Shown one piece after another: positions 30,155-40,824 of a DNA stretch of 64,000 bases. Position numbers and translations under genes: made by a program. The notes under the pieces are model-generated. The model saw only the letters and a program-made list of their open reading frames with translations, had not been told where the DNA came from and did no database searches. The DNA lies in assembly GCA_052034235.1 (NCBI GenBank), contig JBPOIT010000013.1, forward strand, positions 3,257 to 67,256. Direction: 5' to 3'. Within the stretch, counting starts at the first letter, position 1. Each line of letters opens with the position of its first letter. The stretch comes from Candidatus Levyibacteriota bacterium. GTDB lineage: Bacteria; Patescibacteriota; Microgenomatia; Levybacterales; UBA12049.

Positions 30155-31207
30155 TTATTTGTTTATGACCTCATTGTATGTCTCAGCTGTCAATTCAGCT
30201 GTTTTTCGCCAGGTGAAATTTTTTGCCTGTTCCAAACCCTTTTCACTAAATTCTTTCTGTAGTTTTTCAGAGTGAAATACTTGGTTTAGTGCTTTTTCAA
30301 TGCTGGAAGCATCATATGCATCAACATATATCGCTGCATTTCCCGCGACTTCTTCAAGTGAACCTTCTTTTGTAGTAATCACAGGACACCCGGCCTGCAT
30401 TGCTTCGATAACAGGCAATCCAAATCCCTCGTATAAAGAAGGGAAAATAAAGACGGATGCCAAGTTATACAGCTGAACTAAATCTTCTGTTGGAACGAAT
30501 CCTAATCTTATGATATTTGATGATGTTTCTGCAAGTTTTTGTACTTTTACTAAATCACTATTCCAAGGATTCGTTGTATCAAAATCCTCTGAAAGTAAAG
30601 CCTTACCCACCATTACGAGAGGAATATCTGTGGCTATCGCTGATTGCATAAGCCTGGGTAGGTTTTTATTCCAGGTTACATCTCCTACATATAATGCAAA
30701 TTTTTCTGGAAGTCTATACTTTTTTCGTATGTCTTCTCTTTTCAATTCATGTGTATTAAGTTTTCTAAATGCTTCACCCGCAGCCAAATGAATAACAAAT
30801 ACTTTATTTTCAGGAATACCCGCAATGCTGACAACATCTCGTTTTGATGCATGTGAATCCGTAATTATGGCATCAACTCCACGCAAATGAAATTTTTGAA
30901 TCTGCCACTTAATAGCTCCTTTCAAACCCGTGGGGAAATGTTTTGGGAAGACAAGAGGAGTCAAATCGTGGACGGTTACAACTGTTTTATACTGCTTTTT
31001 GAAAGGTAGTGTTAAAAAAAATGGATCAAAATATGGATAATGAATAAGATCCATATCTTTGGGGAGCTCTTTTGATGTTATGAAAAAATTATATTGATTT
31101 TCAGGCAAGTATGTAACAAGCGCTTTTTTTAAATATTCGAGATAAAAACCAACACCGCGAACCTTGTGCCCTGATTGTAAAGGAGATATATCAATCGCAA
31201 TTTTCAT
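30155..31207 (-). CDS. GT4 glycosyltransferase (MtfB-like)
   Basis: MKIAIDISP..RGVGFY, VTVHDL, YVGDVTWNKN, PSLYEGFGLPVIEAM. Confidence 0.92.
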   Translation of the reverse strand: MKIAIDISPLQSGHKVRGVGFYLEYLKKALVTYLPENQYNFFITSKELPKDMDLIHYPYFDPFFLTLPFKKQYKTVVTVHDLTPLVFPKHFPTGLKGAIKWQIQKFHLRGVDAIITDSHASKRDVVSIAGIPENKVFVIHLAAGEAFRKLNTHELKREDIRKKYRLPEKFALYVGDVTWNKNLPRLMQSAIATDIPLVMVGKALLSEDFDTTNPWNSDLVKVQKLAETSSNIIRLGFVPTEDLVQLYNLASVFIFPSLYEGFGLPVIEAMQAGCPVITTKEGSLEEVAGNAAIYVDAYDASSIEKALNQVFHSEKLQKEFSEKGLEQAKNFTWRKTAELTAETYNEVINK

Positions 31208-32370
31208 TTTTTATGTTTACCCCTTCGCATATAAATTGTACTTATTTGTACTACACCGTAAACGGACACGAGATACATAACCGGAAGAAGGATTACGATA
31301 TATCTTGCAGTTATTTGTCCAACACTAAAGAAAAGCAAATATACGATTGACCAAACAAGGAGAATTTCAACTTCAGGCTTTCTAGGAAGCTTTTTCATAA
31401 AGTATGCTATAAATGTAATGAGTGTTAGGGTTGTGGTAAGTGGCCACATAAATGTCCATTGGGCCTCTGAAAGAATTGGTTTATCCCCCCACCAAACATA
31501 CCATTGATTAAGATAGAGAAACGGCCAAATTGAAAATGGAAACATAAGCTGACTTTGATGATAGAGGTAAACATATTTTTGTATTCCTAAAAAACTTCGA
31601 ATATTTGGATCATCAAAGAGCACCCTGACATAAGAAAGTAGTAATACGAAAACAGAGAGTGGTGTTGTTGCCGTATATAGAAACAGTTTTCGTTTATTGA
31701 AATTAAGAAGTAAAACGATACCTGCAGCTGTGATAATTGTGACGCCGCTTACAAAAAATTTGGTAGCAATAAAACATCCTAATAAAATACTTGCTAAAAC
31801 AAAATTTTTTGCGTAATGCTTTTTCATAACCAGTGCTTTGTTGAAAAAATAAAAAGTTGGTAATAAAAACATAAGCTGCATTAGATCAAGGAGTGGAGTA
31901 AAAACAAATTGGTTCCTAAAGAGTGGCTCAAAACTAAGAAGCGCAGGAGGTACTAAGGCTAGAATTCTTGAAGAAAATAACTGCGTGCCAAGTAAATAGA
32001 AAAAAATCAAAGCAACGACGCCTACAATGATTGTTAATATATTCTCGTTGTTGAAAAGGTTCCCAAATATACCAATAAGATATCTACCAAGAGGTGGTGT
32101 ATCAACTGCTATGAGAATTGGACTAATTCCTTTTACATAAGCGACGCCTGCATAGGTATTTACTGCCTCATCAGGAATCCAGAATTTTGCATGTTTATTT
32201 GCATACTGTGAATCTTCGTAGGCAAATTTTAATGAAGCATAACGTTTATCAAGATCTCTTGAAATGTACTTTTCTTTTGCTGAAAAAACAGCCGTTCCTA
32301 TATTTACTACAGTAATCAGGATCAGCACAAAGGCTAAAAACGGTTTTATATATTGGCGGACAGTTTTCAT
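31204..32370 (-). CDS. GT-C membrane glycosyltransferase (PMT-like)
   Basis: IPDE, DTPPLGRYLIG, FEPLF, LLDL, ATK, RY. Paralog of 56543-57739. Confidence 0.72.
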   Translation of the reverse strand: MKTVRQYIKPFLAFVLILITVVNIGTAVFSAKEKYISRDLDKRYASLKFAYEDSQYANKHAKFWIPDEAVNTYAGVAYVKGISPILIAVDTPPLGRYLIGIFGNLFNNENILTIIVGVVALIFFYLLGTQLFSSRILALVPPALLSFEPLFRNQFVFTPLLDLMQLMFLLPTFYFFNKALVMKKHYAKNFVLASILLGCFIATKFFVSGVTIITAAGIVLLLNFNKRKLFLYTATTPLSVFVLLLSYVRVLFDDPNIRSFLGIQKYVYLYHQSQLMFPFSIWPFLYLNQWYVWWGDKPILSEAQWTFMWPLTTTLTLITFIAYFMKKLPRKPEVEILLVWSIVYLLFFSVGQITARYIVILLPVMYLVSVYGVVQISTIYMRRGKHKK

Positions 32371-33344
32371 TTTGTAGCCTGTTTTTTATGCCATTCCCAT
32401 GCAGTTTTTATAATCGTTTCTAAATCTGAATATTTCGGAGTGAATCCAAGTTCCTGGTTTATTTTTGAAGAATCAGCAACTGTTTCCTGTACATCACCTG
32501 GTCGTCTCTCTTTGATATTAATTGGGAAATCTACACCTGAGATTTTTTTGACCATATCAAGTACTTCTTTATTGGTTGTACCCTTGCCTGTCCCAACATT
32601 ATAGATATATTCTCCGTTTTGCTCTTCAAGTTTTTTTAGAGTAAGGATATGTGCTTGGATAAGATCCAGAACATGAATGTAATCCCTTATACAAGATCCA
32701 TCTCTCGTTTCATAGTCTCCACCGTATAAAGTAAATTCAGTATTGCTAAGTGCTGCTTTAATCGCATTTGGAATCAGATGCGTCTCTGGATCGTGATCCT
32801 CTCCTGTACTGGCATCCAGTGCTGCTCCCGACGCATTAAAATAGCGAAGCACTGCTGAACCAATACCATGAATTTGATAATACCAATGAAGCACAGTCTC
32901 AACCATTAATTTACTTTCGGCATAAGGATTTTCAGGGTCTTTTGTATGGGTTTCAGGTATAGGATTTACTTTTGGTGTTCCGTAGACAGTGCCGGTTGAA
33001 GAGAAAATAAACTTCTTTGTTCCATGCTCTTTCATAGCTTCTAGAAGTGAAATCGTTGTAAACACATTATTGGAGAAATATGCTCCTGGTTGTTGCATTG
33101 ATTCGCCTACTGCAATATATGCAGCGAAATGCATAACACAGTCAAAAGGTTCAGCTGAAAAAAGGTCAGTAATGTATTCTTTATCCAGTAAATTGCCTTT
33201 TTTAAAAACTGCTCTTGAATCGACAAATTGTTCATGCCCGCGCTCAAGACTATCTGCAATGGTCACATTGTGTCCTTCGTCTAAAAGACGTTTAACCATG
33301 TTGCTTCCAATATATCCGGCACCACCTGTTACAAGAATATTCAT
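32367..33344 (-). CDS. galE: UDP-glucose 4-epimerase
   Basis: ILVTGGAGYIGS, MHFAAYIAVGES, FSSTGTVYG, PYAESK, LRYFNASGA, ETHLIP, DGSCIRDYIHV, RRPGD. Confidence 0.93.
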   Translation of the reverse strand: MNILVTGGAGYIGSNMVKRLLDEGHNVTIADSLERGHEQFVDSRAVFKKGNLLDKEYITDLFSAEPFDCVMHFAAYIAVGESMQQPGAYFSNNVFTTISLLEAMKEHGTKKFIFSSTGTVYGTPKVNPIPETHTKDPENPYAESKLMVETVLHWYYQIHGIGSAVLRYFNASGAALDASTGEDHDPETHLIPNAIKAALSNTEFTLYGGDYETRDGSCIRDYIHVLDLIQAHILTLKKLEEQNGEYIYNVGTGKGTTNKEVLDMVKKISGVDFPINIKERRPGDVQETVADSSKINQELGFTPKYSDLETIIKTAWEWHKKQATK

Positions 33345-33374
33345 AGGTATATTGTACCAGAAAAAGCAAAATAT

Positions 33375-34928
33375 TTATTCTTTTGATATTTGTGCTGAAC
33401 TGGTAACTTTGATTTGTTTCATTATTTTCGTACCATCCTGAATCATCCATGTTTTATCAGTTTTATATAGCGTAGGAGGCGTTCTGTAATTAATAAAATT
33501 TTGACTATTAATGTCACTTTTTTGAGGTGCAATTATATATACGAGATCTCCACTTGCTGGAGAACTACCAGGATCGAAAGGTACATCTTTTCCAGCTATC
33601 CAGCTAAAAAGATATGAGTAATCATATACGTAAATTGGTGGATTATAAGCATATACTTCATACGCTTTTTCTCGTGCATCTTTCTTAATAAGTTTTACAA
33701 TGTATTCTTTATTTGCAAGAGTTGGGCTTGATAATCTGTCATCTGTAAAAGATTGGATGATCGTTGGTAGTTGATGTAATAAACTGATTATTACCCATGC
33801 TGTGAGCATGAATTTAAAAAAACTACTTTTGCTTGCAATAAAACCTAGCAAAAACAAAAATAAAATTTCAACACCTATGAAATGATATCCCCACACGGGA
33901 TTTTTTGACGTAAGATAGAGAATTAGCATGGCTATAGTCACTGTTACGAGCAATAGGAGTAGTTTTTTGTCTGCAGTATTCAGTTGAAGTTTTTCTTGTT
34001 TTTTTTGGTTATACAGAAGTCCTAACCCAACCAACAATAGAACTACTGCAAATCCCAATGGTATTTTTAGCAAATTTGCGAGCGTGTTACCGAATTGTTC
34101 TAAAATTTGCAAGTCATTTAAACCCCGCACAAGCACAACCGATCCATTAGCTGTGAAGACATTAATGGCAGTTTGTATTTGATGAAACCCATGTCTTATT
34201 TCAAACAGGACAAATGGGACAAAGACGATAAATATACCGAAACAGTAAAGTAGCATGAGTAAGATACTATCCGTAAAGATCTGTTTTCTGCTTTTTTTAG
34301 TCTTTGAGAAAAAAGCGTTATAAATTATGTAATAAAATCCGACACCTGCAGCGACCGCAAGTCCGAAAGAAATATGAAAATTAATAATTAGACCTGAAAG
34401 TAAACCAACAAGAAAGATATCTATATTCTTCAGTTTTATCTTTAACGTATCTTTGGAGAGAGCAATAAGCGTAATAAGTAAACAAAACAGTAATGGTGCA
34501 GGAAATGGATTCCAAGGATTTGTCGCATATTGCATACCTGGTCCCAATATAAAAAGCAGCCAAAGAGAGCTGATTGTTACGAATCCAAATTGATTACGCC
34601 ACTTCCAAAGTAGTACTGGTAGTAGAATAAAATAAGGAATTGTCAAAGCAATAAAAATAACAATACGAGGGTCTTGCGAAAAGAGTAACCCGATACTTAA
34701 TAACCAGATCCAATATGGGCCGTAAAAAATCCCGGGGATCCCGGTTGTCGGGCCGATAAATGTTAATTTGTGTAGATTTTGTGTAGCAAGTATCAGATCA
34801 CGTGCTGGATCATACCAAAAAGCAAAACCACCACTGAAGACAATATTTATCGCTATTAATAGTGGAAGGACATATGCTGCTGCAATAAGAAAAAATTTTA
34901 GAAAATCTCGAGGAGATGTTGTTTTCAT
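33375..34928 (-). CDS. GT-C membrane glycosyltransferase
   Basis: YDPARD..IGPTTGIPGIFYGPYW, WNP, FEIRHGF; multi-TM. Confidence 0.75.
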   Translation of the reverse strand: MKTTSPRDFLKFFLIAAAYVLPLLIAINIVFSGGFAFWYDPARDLILATQNLHKLTFIGPTTGIPGIFYGPYWIWLLSIGLLFSQDPRIVIFIALTIPYFILLPVLLWKWRNQFGFVTISSLWLLFILGPGMQYATNPWNPFPAPLLFCLLITLIALSKDTLKIKLKNIDIFLVGLLSGLIINFHISFGLAVAAGVGFYYIIYNAFFSKTKKSRKQIFTDSILLMLLYCFGIFIVFVPFVLFEIRHGFHQIQTAINVFTANGSVVLVRGLNDLQILEQFGNTLANLLKIPLGFAVVLLLVGLGLLYNQKKQEKLQLNTADKKLLLLLVTVTIAMLILYLTSKNPVWGYHFIGVEILFLFLLGFIASKSSFFKFMLTAWVIISLLHQLPTIIQSFTDDRLSSPTLANKEYIVKLIKKDAREKAYEVYAYNPPIYVYDYSYLFSWIAGKDVPFDPGSSPASGDLVYIIAPQKSDINSQNFINYRTPPTLYKTDKTWMIQDGTKIMKQIKVTSSAQISKE

Positions 34929-35773
34929 TTTAAACTTTTTATGTAAGAAATAGGAAATCTCAAAGATGAAAAAAATGAAAAAACAAAACCAGGCCAGCCA
35001 TCTTTATAACCTTTGTGTCTCACATAGGTCAGCCCAAACCACCAACCAGGCAACAATACGAGCTGCTTAACAGGAGTTAAGGGATTTACTTTTTGTTCTT
35101 TAAGCTCCGATGCAAGAAGATCTGTATATCGATTATTACGCTCAAGATAACGCTTAAATGTCGGTGAATCAACATGATAGAGATCATGTTCCAACCAACC
35201 GACTTTACCATCTACAGTCATTTGCTCATGAACGCTTTTACACGGTAGATAAGCTTTGCCTTTTCTAATCAATCTAATAACACCGTCAGGATAGACCCCA
35301 CCATATCTCATATAATGTCCCAAAAAGTAATTGAGTCGGGGAAGAAAAAAAGCAGCATAGTTACCATGTATAGTGCCAATATTACCGTCTCTTTTTTCTA
35401 ACAATTTTTGATGTCTGAGAAATAATTTTCTTTTTGGTAATGATTCCTGATACTTTTCAATTTCGTCATCTTTCATTTTTGTCAATTTGATAATTTCCTG
35501 ACCTAATTCCGGACTCACCCGTTCATCAGCATCTAATTGAAGAATCCATTCGTATTTTGCTAAATCAATAGCTTTTTGTTTGTTAATATGAAATATGGGG
35601 GGATTATCCGTTACGACAACACGCGCACCGAATTTTTTAGCTATGTCGACTGTATTATCAGTTGATGACCCATCAACAATGACAATATCATCAGTAATAT
35701 CTTTGACTGACGAGAGACATGCTTCAAGATTTTTACTTTCGTTAAATGTAGCGAGAACAACAGAAACAGCCAT
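34925..35773 (-). CDS. GT2 glycosyltransferase (WaaE/KdtX beta-1,4-glucosyltransferase-like)
   Basis: SVVLATFNE, VDGSSTDNT, LDADE, YPDGVIRL, VHE, GYKDG. Confidence 0.88.
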   Translation of the reverse strand: MAVSVVLATFNESKNLEACLSSVKDITDDIVIVDGSSTDNTVDIAKKFGARVVVTDNPPIFHINKQKAIDLAKYEWILQLDADERVSPELGQEIIKLTKMKDDEIEKYQESLPKRKLFLRHQKLLEKRDGNIGTIHGNYAAFFLPRLNYFLGHYMRYGGVYPDGVIRLIRKGKAYLPCKSVHEQMTVDGKVGWLEHDLYHVDSPTFKRYLERNNRYTDLLASELKEQKVNPLTPVKQLVLLPGWWFGLTYVRHKGYKDGWPGFVFSFFSSLRFPISYIKSLK

Positions 35774-37428
35774 TATTTTATACCTACAATGTTTATAGCA
35801 GGTTTCCCATCCAGATAATAGATAGTTTTCAATGGCTTCAAATCTTCTGGGAAATTGCCTGGTTCTCCAATAAGGAGTGTCTTAGAAAGGTTTTTATCAG
35901 TATCCCAATTAAGTCTTCTAAATTCATATTTTGCAAAATTATTTTTGAGTTTATCCTTTCGACTTTGAAAATCTTGTGGTGAAAATCTCAAATGATATAA
36001 AAAGAAAATATACGATTGATCCATCGGTGAAACATCAGAAATAATAATTTTATCGTATTCGCCTGAAACTTTATTTACTTCTGAAACCGTTTCAGCATAA
36101 CCATATTGCCACGATTTGGAGAAAAAATAATTCTGCTGAACAAAGTATTGATTAAGAAAATAAGATACATTAAAAACAATCATCCCGAAAAGGAACATAT
36201 AAAAAAGCACTCTAACACGATATTTCAGCATAAAGGCAATCGAACCAAGTAATCCGAACGCTGTGATGATTTGAAAAGTCGGCAAAAAATTAAGTGTCCG
36301 AACTGCATGCGGAACGTCTTTTGTAATTGAAGCCGGAATGGGCGCTATAAGAAGCCAAGCGAAAATAAAAAGTTTTGTATGTTTAGAAACATTGGCGAAA
36401 AGAAGCATATAGAAACCAATTAAAAGAAATGGCAGTTCCCAAAGATATAAAATTCCCATATTTGGCGCATGGTGCCTTTCTAAATCTCCGGTTATAAATA
36501 ACCAATTAAGATTAAAATGAGATGTATAGTTGAGGACAACTTCTTTCGCGTAGACAACTCGTCTGTTATGAATGAGTGTTCCTAAAAGATCATTATTCTC
36601 TTTATCATCCAGAAGCCTTTCTCGCTCCTGTATTATCATCGGTGTTTGTTCAGAGAAAACGCTAACCCCTTTAGCCCTCGCAAAAACTTGATCATCGATA
36701 AGTGACAACTGTACAAGCGGCAGCATCACAATAATTCCTACCATCACTGCACCAATAAGATATTTCTTCTGTAGCAAAATGAGCTTCTTCCAATAGATTA
36801 CAAATAACGCAGTCACAAGAAGCGGCACAAATACACGTTCGCTATGATATGCATACATACTCAGTGCGAAACATATAGCTGAACAAACAAGTAGCCATGG
36901 TTTTTTTAAACCTTTTAGAAAAAAGAGTGCACCGAAAATATTTAATGTCAACCCAATATTTGTTTCAAAAGCTACACGTGAGAATTGAATATGCCAAGGC
37001 GAAAAAGCAAGAAGTGCTGTCGTAACAAGAGGCATTGCAAAGAATATTGGTAGAGTTTTTTTGTTATTATTTTTAAGACTATAACTGAATAATTCTGAGA
37101 CAAGGAAATAGGTTCCTAGTAAAGCAAGAATTCCAAAGATTGCTGATGGTAATCGAACTGAGAACGTATCAAGTCCAAAAAGAGCAACTGACGGAATTGC
37201 CAAATACATATAAAGCGCAGGTTTATAATCCCCAAATGACTGGAGAATAATTGGCATGAACGCTCCATGTTCATCTCTACCGGTTTGTAAAACAGATAAT
37301 GCGTTATAGCCTAGTGCTGCTTCATCCCAATCAGGAGATGGCGGCACATTACCTAATTGCCATAATCTTAAAACTGCACCAATAGAAATGATGAGTGTCA
37401 ATAAAATTAATACGTATTTTCTTTTCAT
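35773..37428 (-). CDS. GT-C membrane glycosyltransferase (PMT/ArnT-like)
   Basis: WDEAALGYNA, GRDEHG, SFGDYKP, VRLPSA, SPWHIQFSRVAFE, PHAVR. Confidence 0.85.
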   Translation of the reverse strand: MKRKYVLILLTLIISIGAVLRLWQLGNVPPSPDWDEAALGYNALSVLQTGRDEHGAFMPIILQSFGDYKPALYMYLAIPSVALFGLDTFSVRLPSAIFGILALLGTYFLVSELFSYSLKNNNKKTLPIFFAMPLVTTALLAFSPWHIQFSRVAFETNIGLTLNIFGALFFLKGLKKPWLLVCSAICFALSMYAYHSERVFVPLLVTALFVIYWKKLILLQKKYLIGAVMVGIIVMLPLVQLSLIDDQVFARAKGVSVFSEQTPMIIQERERLLDDKENNDLLGTLIHNRRVVYAKEVVLNYTSHFNLNWLFITGDLERHHAPNMGILYLWELPFLLIGFYMLLFANVSKHTKLFIFAWLLIAPIPASITKDVPHAVRTLNFLPTFQIITAFGLLGSIAFMLKYRVRVLFYMFLFGMIVFNVSYFLNQYFVQQNYFFSKSWQYGYAETVSEVNKVSGEYDKIIISDVSPMDQSYIFFLYHLRFSPQDFQSRKDKLKNNFAKYEFRRLNWDTDKNLSKTLLIGEPGNFPEDLKPLKTIYYLDGKPAINIVGIK

Positions 37429-37431
37429 AAG

Positions 37432-39090
37432 TTACCTTGTATAAATTGTAATGTATTCGTCGCCGTTTACTAAATGAAACTTCTTTAATACTTTCACACC
37501 TACTGGTACATCTTTACTGCTTGAGAGATAAAGTGTTTTTTGACCGTTTGTCGGAAGATCTTCAACTTTGTAGGTAAAATAAAATTTATCATAGCTGTCA
37601 ATATGCATAAATCCAAAATCGTTCCCCCGTATTTTTGCTTGTTCCCTAAATTTACGAGGGTCATACTTCTGATAAAACAGCGTGTATATGTATCCTCGTT
37701 CAAGTGTATCTGCGATATGTATTCGCTGATATGAATCTTTATGTGCGTTGAGATACTGGACAGCCTCCTTATACGTATATTGCCATTGCAGCGAATATTC
37801 TTTTGAATAATGTGTGTAATACCCGTGCAGGTAATAAATTAAAAATAATGTAATAGTTGCAGCGAGTAAACTATAAGCAAAGACCTTATATCGTTTTAAT
37901 GATAATAAAAATACCGTTAACCCGTAAGCTGAAAATATTTGCCAGGTAGGAAGTGTTGATTCAATTCTAAGCGCGTGAGGTGTTTCACGAGCAACAGCTG
38001 CGGGGATGATGCCAATAAGAAGCCAAAGAGGTATCAGCCACCATTTACCTTTTCTTTGTCTAAAAAGAAACACCATCCCGACAAAAAAGAATGGCAATTC
38101 CCATAAGTAGAGCTGCCCAACATCTTTAGTTGAGAATTTAGGATTCCCATCACCTTGAATAAAAAGAAAATTAGGATTGAAATGGTCAAAATAATGTTTA
38201 AAAAACTCGTTTGTATAAATAACCCTGCGATTATGAATGATATTAGACCACCAAGCATTATTATCATTTACCTGCTGCTGATTAGAAGTTTCGACAAGTG
38301 ATACATCAGAAAAGAAATTCACCTCTTCAAATCTGAGTTTTGCCTGCGGGGCTAAGAGATGTGGAACTAAAGGAGCTAAAGCAATGATACCCACAACTGC
38401 CGCTGTAACTGTTTGTTTTTTCAAAGCCCACAAGGATTTAAAATGTACACTCGCTAGCAGCAAAAACAAAAGTGGTGCGACTACTCTCGTGCTATTAAAT
38501 GTGTAAATTGAAGCGACGAAACAAAGAACTGACAGCACAAGAAGATAAGGCTTTTTCCTAATAGAGAAAAGAAAAAGCCAAACGCCGCTTATTATAAAAA
38601 AAGAGGAAACATTTGCTTCAAATGCTGCTCTTGAAAGCATCATATGCCAGGGGGAAATTGCAAGCAATAACGTTGTGAGAAGTGCAACATATTCAGAGAA
38701 AATTTTTGTCTTTGCATCTTTTTTCTCATCACTTCTAAATATTTCCTTTACGAGAAAATACGAAATAAGCACGGTAATGGTGCCAAAAAAAGCCGAGGGA
38801 AATCTGACTGCAAATTCTGTTAGTCCAAAAAGCATTATCGGTAACACTGATAGGTAGACGTATACCGGCGGTTTATAATCTCCAAAGGAAAGGAAATATT
38901 CATAGGGTAAAAATTTTCCAAATTCATCTCTCCCATCGATACTTATGGAATAAGCATTGTAACCCAATGCAACTTCATCCCACGTTAATGCAATTGGATT
39001 CGCACCGAGTTGATAAAAGCGTAAGATTCCAGCCAAAAGAACAATAATAAATAGAAGGAATTTTTTATTTTTGAGAAGACTTTGTAACAT
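37432..39090 (-). CDS. GT-C membrane glycosyltransferase (PMT/ArnT-like), tandem paralog of 35773-37428
   Basis: WDEVALGYNA, GRDEFG, SFGDYKPP, VRFPSA, SPWHMMLSRAAFE, PHALR. Start set at ATG 39090, downstream of a TATAAT. Confidence 0.85.
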   Translation of the reverse strand: MLQSLLKNKKFLLFIIVLLAGILRFYQLGANPIALTWDEVALGYNAYSISIDGRDEFGKFLPYEYFLSFGDYKPPVYVYLSVLPIMLFGLTEFAVRFPSAFFGTITVLISYFLVKEIFRSDEKKDAKTKIFSEYVALLTTLLLAISPWHMMLSRAAFEANVSSFFIISGVWLFLFSIRKKPYLLVLSVLCFVASIYTFNSTRVVAPLLFLLLASVHFKSLWALKKQTVTAAVVGIIALAPLVPHLLAPQAKLRFEEVNFFSDVSLVETSNQQQVNDNNAWWSNIIHNRRVIYTNEFFKHYFDHFNPNFLFIQGDGNPKFSTKDVGQLYLWELPFFFVGMVFLFRQRKGKWWLIPLWLLIGIIPAAVARETPHALRIESTLPTWQIFSAYGLTVFLLSLKRYKVFAYSLLAATITLFLIYYLHGYYTHYSKEYSLQWQYTYKEAVQYLNAHKDSYQRIHIADTLERGYIYTLFYQKYDPRKFREQAKIRGNDFGFMHIDSYDKFYFTYKVEDLPTNGQKTLYLSSSKDVPVGVKVLKKFHLVNGDEYITIYTR

Positions 39091-39124
39091 GATTGTTAGT
39101 GTAATTATATAAGAGACTATATGT

Positions 39125-39835
39125 CTATTCAACAAATCTATATTTTATGAGCGTCCAGAGGGCCTTTGGACCATCAGTCAAACCGTTAATTTTTTTTCCT
39201 TCATTATAGCCTCGTGGGTTTGTCGAAATTTTCACTTCGGCTATTTTATAGCCTTTTTTTAACAATTTTGCAGTGATTTCTGGTTCAAATTCAAATCCTC
39301 TAGCATGCAGCACTGTTCCATGTAGAGCTTTTTTTGGGAAAAGTTTATAACAGCATTCCATATCAGTAATCCAATGAGAATATAAAATACTTGTTACAAG
39401 GCTTAAGAATTTATTTCCCATATAATGCGAAAAAAATTGAAAAGTACGCTCATCTCGCGTAAAATCCGGAAGCCTATTCAAACGCGTGCCATAGACAATT
39501 TCTGCTTTCTTTTCACGAATTGGATTGAGGAGGTTATCAATGTCTGCTGGATCGTATTCTAAATCAGCATCCTGAATAACAATGTAATCACCTGTTGCAT
39601 ATTTTATGCCTGTACGAACGGCAGCTCCTTTCCCCTGGTTTTTTTTATGAACGTATAGTTTTAGACCAGGAATTTCAGTAGCAGTGATTTTTTTAACAGA
39701 TTTATCAGTTGAACCATCATCAACGACAATTATCTCTTTTGTTATTCCTTTAAATTTTACATCTGCAACTTTTTTTAGAACTTGTGCAACTGTTTTTTCT
39801 TCATTAAAAACAGGCATTACAATTGATAGCTTCAT
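39125..39835 (-). CDS. GT2 polyprenyl-phosphate glycosyltransferase (DPM1-like)
   Basis: LSIVMPVFNE, VDDGSTD, NQGKGAAVRTG, QDADLEYDP, TDMECCYK, FEFEPEIT. Confidence 0.9.
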   Translation of the reverse strand: MKLSIVMPVFNEEKTVAQVLKKVADVKFKGITKEIIVVDDGSTDKSVKKITATEIPGLKLYVHKKNQGKGAAVRTGIKYATGDYIVIQDADLEYDPADIDNLLNPIREKKAEIVYGTRLNRLPDFTRDERTFQFFSHYMGNKFLSLVTSILYSHWITDMECCYKLFPKKALHGTVLHARGFEFEPEITAKLLKKGYKIAEVKISTNPRGYNEGKKINGLTDGPKALWTLIKYRFVE

Positions 39836-40785
39836 GAAGTATATTTTCTCAGAATGTCAGAGTCCTTTCTAACTGAAATTTTTCTAGCTTTCTCCCTTGA
39901 CTGCTTTACCTGAGATAGCATTCCCAATGCCTCCCAAAAACCAGCCATAAATATCCAATCTCTTGCTAATAAAGCCTTTAAGAAATGATATGGTAGCCAA
40001 AGGATATGAGAAATGAGTAACCCCTGCTGCGTTATATTTTTCCAAATAAAGATAAATTGATTTCGAAAAACTATTTTACGAACCTGAGCTGATTTAAATT
40101 TAGTTTTTATTGCACCTTTCTCATGTTCATGCCTCACGACACTTTCAGGTTCAAATACTAATCGGTAGCCAGCTTTCAAAGCTCTATATGACAGATCTAT
40201 ATCCTCCCAATAAAATGGATTATATAATGGATCAAGTCCACCAAGTCGATCCCACATATTCTTTCTAAACGCCCCACTTCCTCCGCTTACCCATAATGTA
40301 GTATTTTTATCGTTGTCTCCTTTACTATGCATGAGAAATCCTCGCTGCCATTTACCAATTCCTCTACCTCTGAGAACGGTTTTACCGTCCTCAATGCTTT
40401 CGTCCATACAACCTACTGCAAAAACGATACCATCGTCGAAATGTTTCAGAAGCGGTGTGAGAAAATCTTTATGTGGAGCGACATCTGAATTAAGTAAAAT
40501 CAAAATATCACCGTTAGCAAGTGTAACTCCTCTATTTACATTTTTAGAAAAACCTCCTTCTTTTTTAACCGTATTTGAGATTGTTTTACCAATGACATGT
40601 TTTTCTTTGATACCTGCGATGAAAGCTGCTATTACTTGTTTTGAATTATCGGTTGAAGGATCGTCGGGGATAATAATTTCGACTTTACCATTTTTATAAT
40701 TTTTCACTGATTCCAATACCTTTGGTAAATTCTTTTTAAGAATTTCTGCACCATTGTAATTTGGAATGATGATACTAATGTTCAT
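39832..40785 (-). CDS. GT2 glycosyltransferase (WbbL/RfbF-like)
   Basis: ISIIIPNYNG, GFSKNVNRG, LLNSDV, GGLD, FYWEDIDLSYRA. Confidence 0.88.
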   Translation of the reverse strand: MNISIIIPNYNGAEILKKNLPKVLESVKNYKNGKVEIIIPDDPSTDNSKQVIAAFIAGIKEKHVIGKTISNTVKKEGGFSKNVNRGVTLANGDILILLNSDVAPHKDFLTPLLKHFDDGIVFAVGCMDESIEDGKTVLRGRGIGKWQRGFLMHSKGDNDKNTTLWVSGGSGAFRKNMWDRLGGLDPLYNPFYWEDIDLSYRALKAGYRLVFEPESVVRHEHEKGAIKTKFKSAQVRKIVFRNQFIFIWKNITQQGLLISHILWLPYHFLKALLARDWIFMAGFWEALGMLSQVKQSREKARKISVRKDSDILRKYTS

Positions 40786-40824
40786 TATGATTATTATAGC
40801 AGGCTGTTATAAAATTCGATACGA

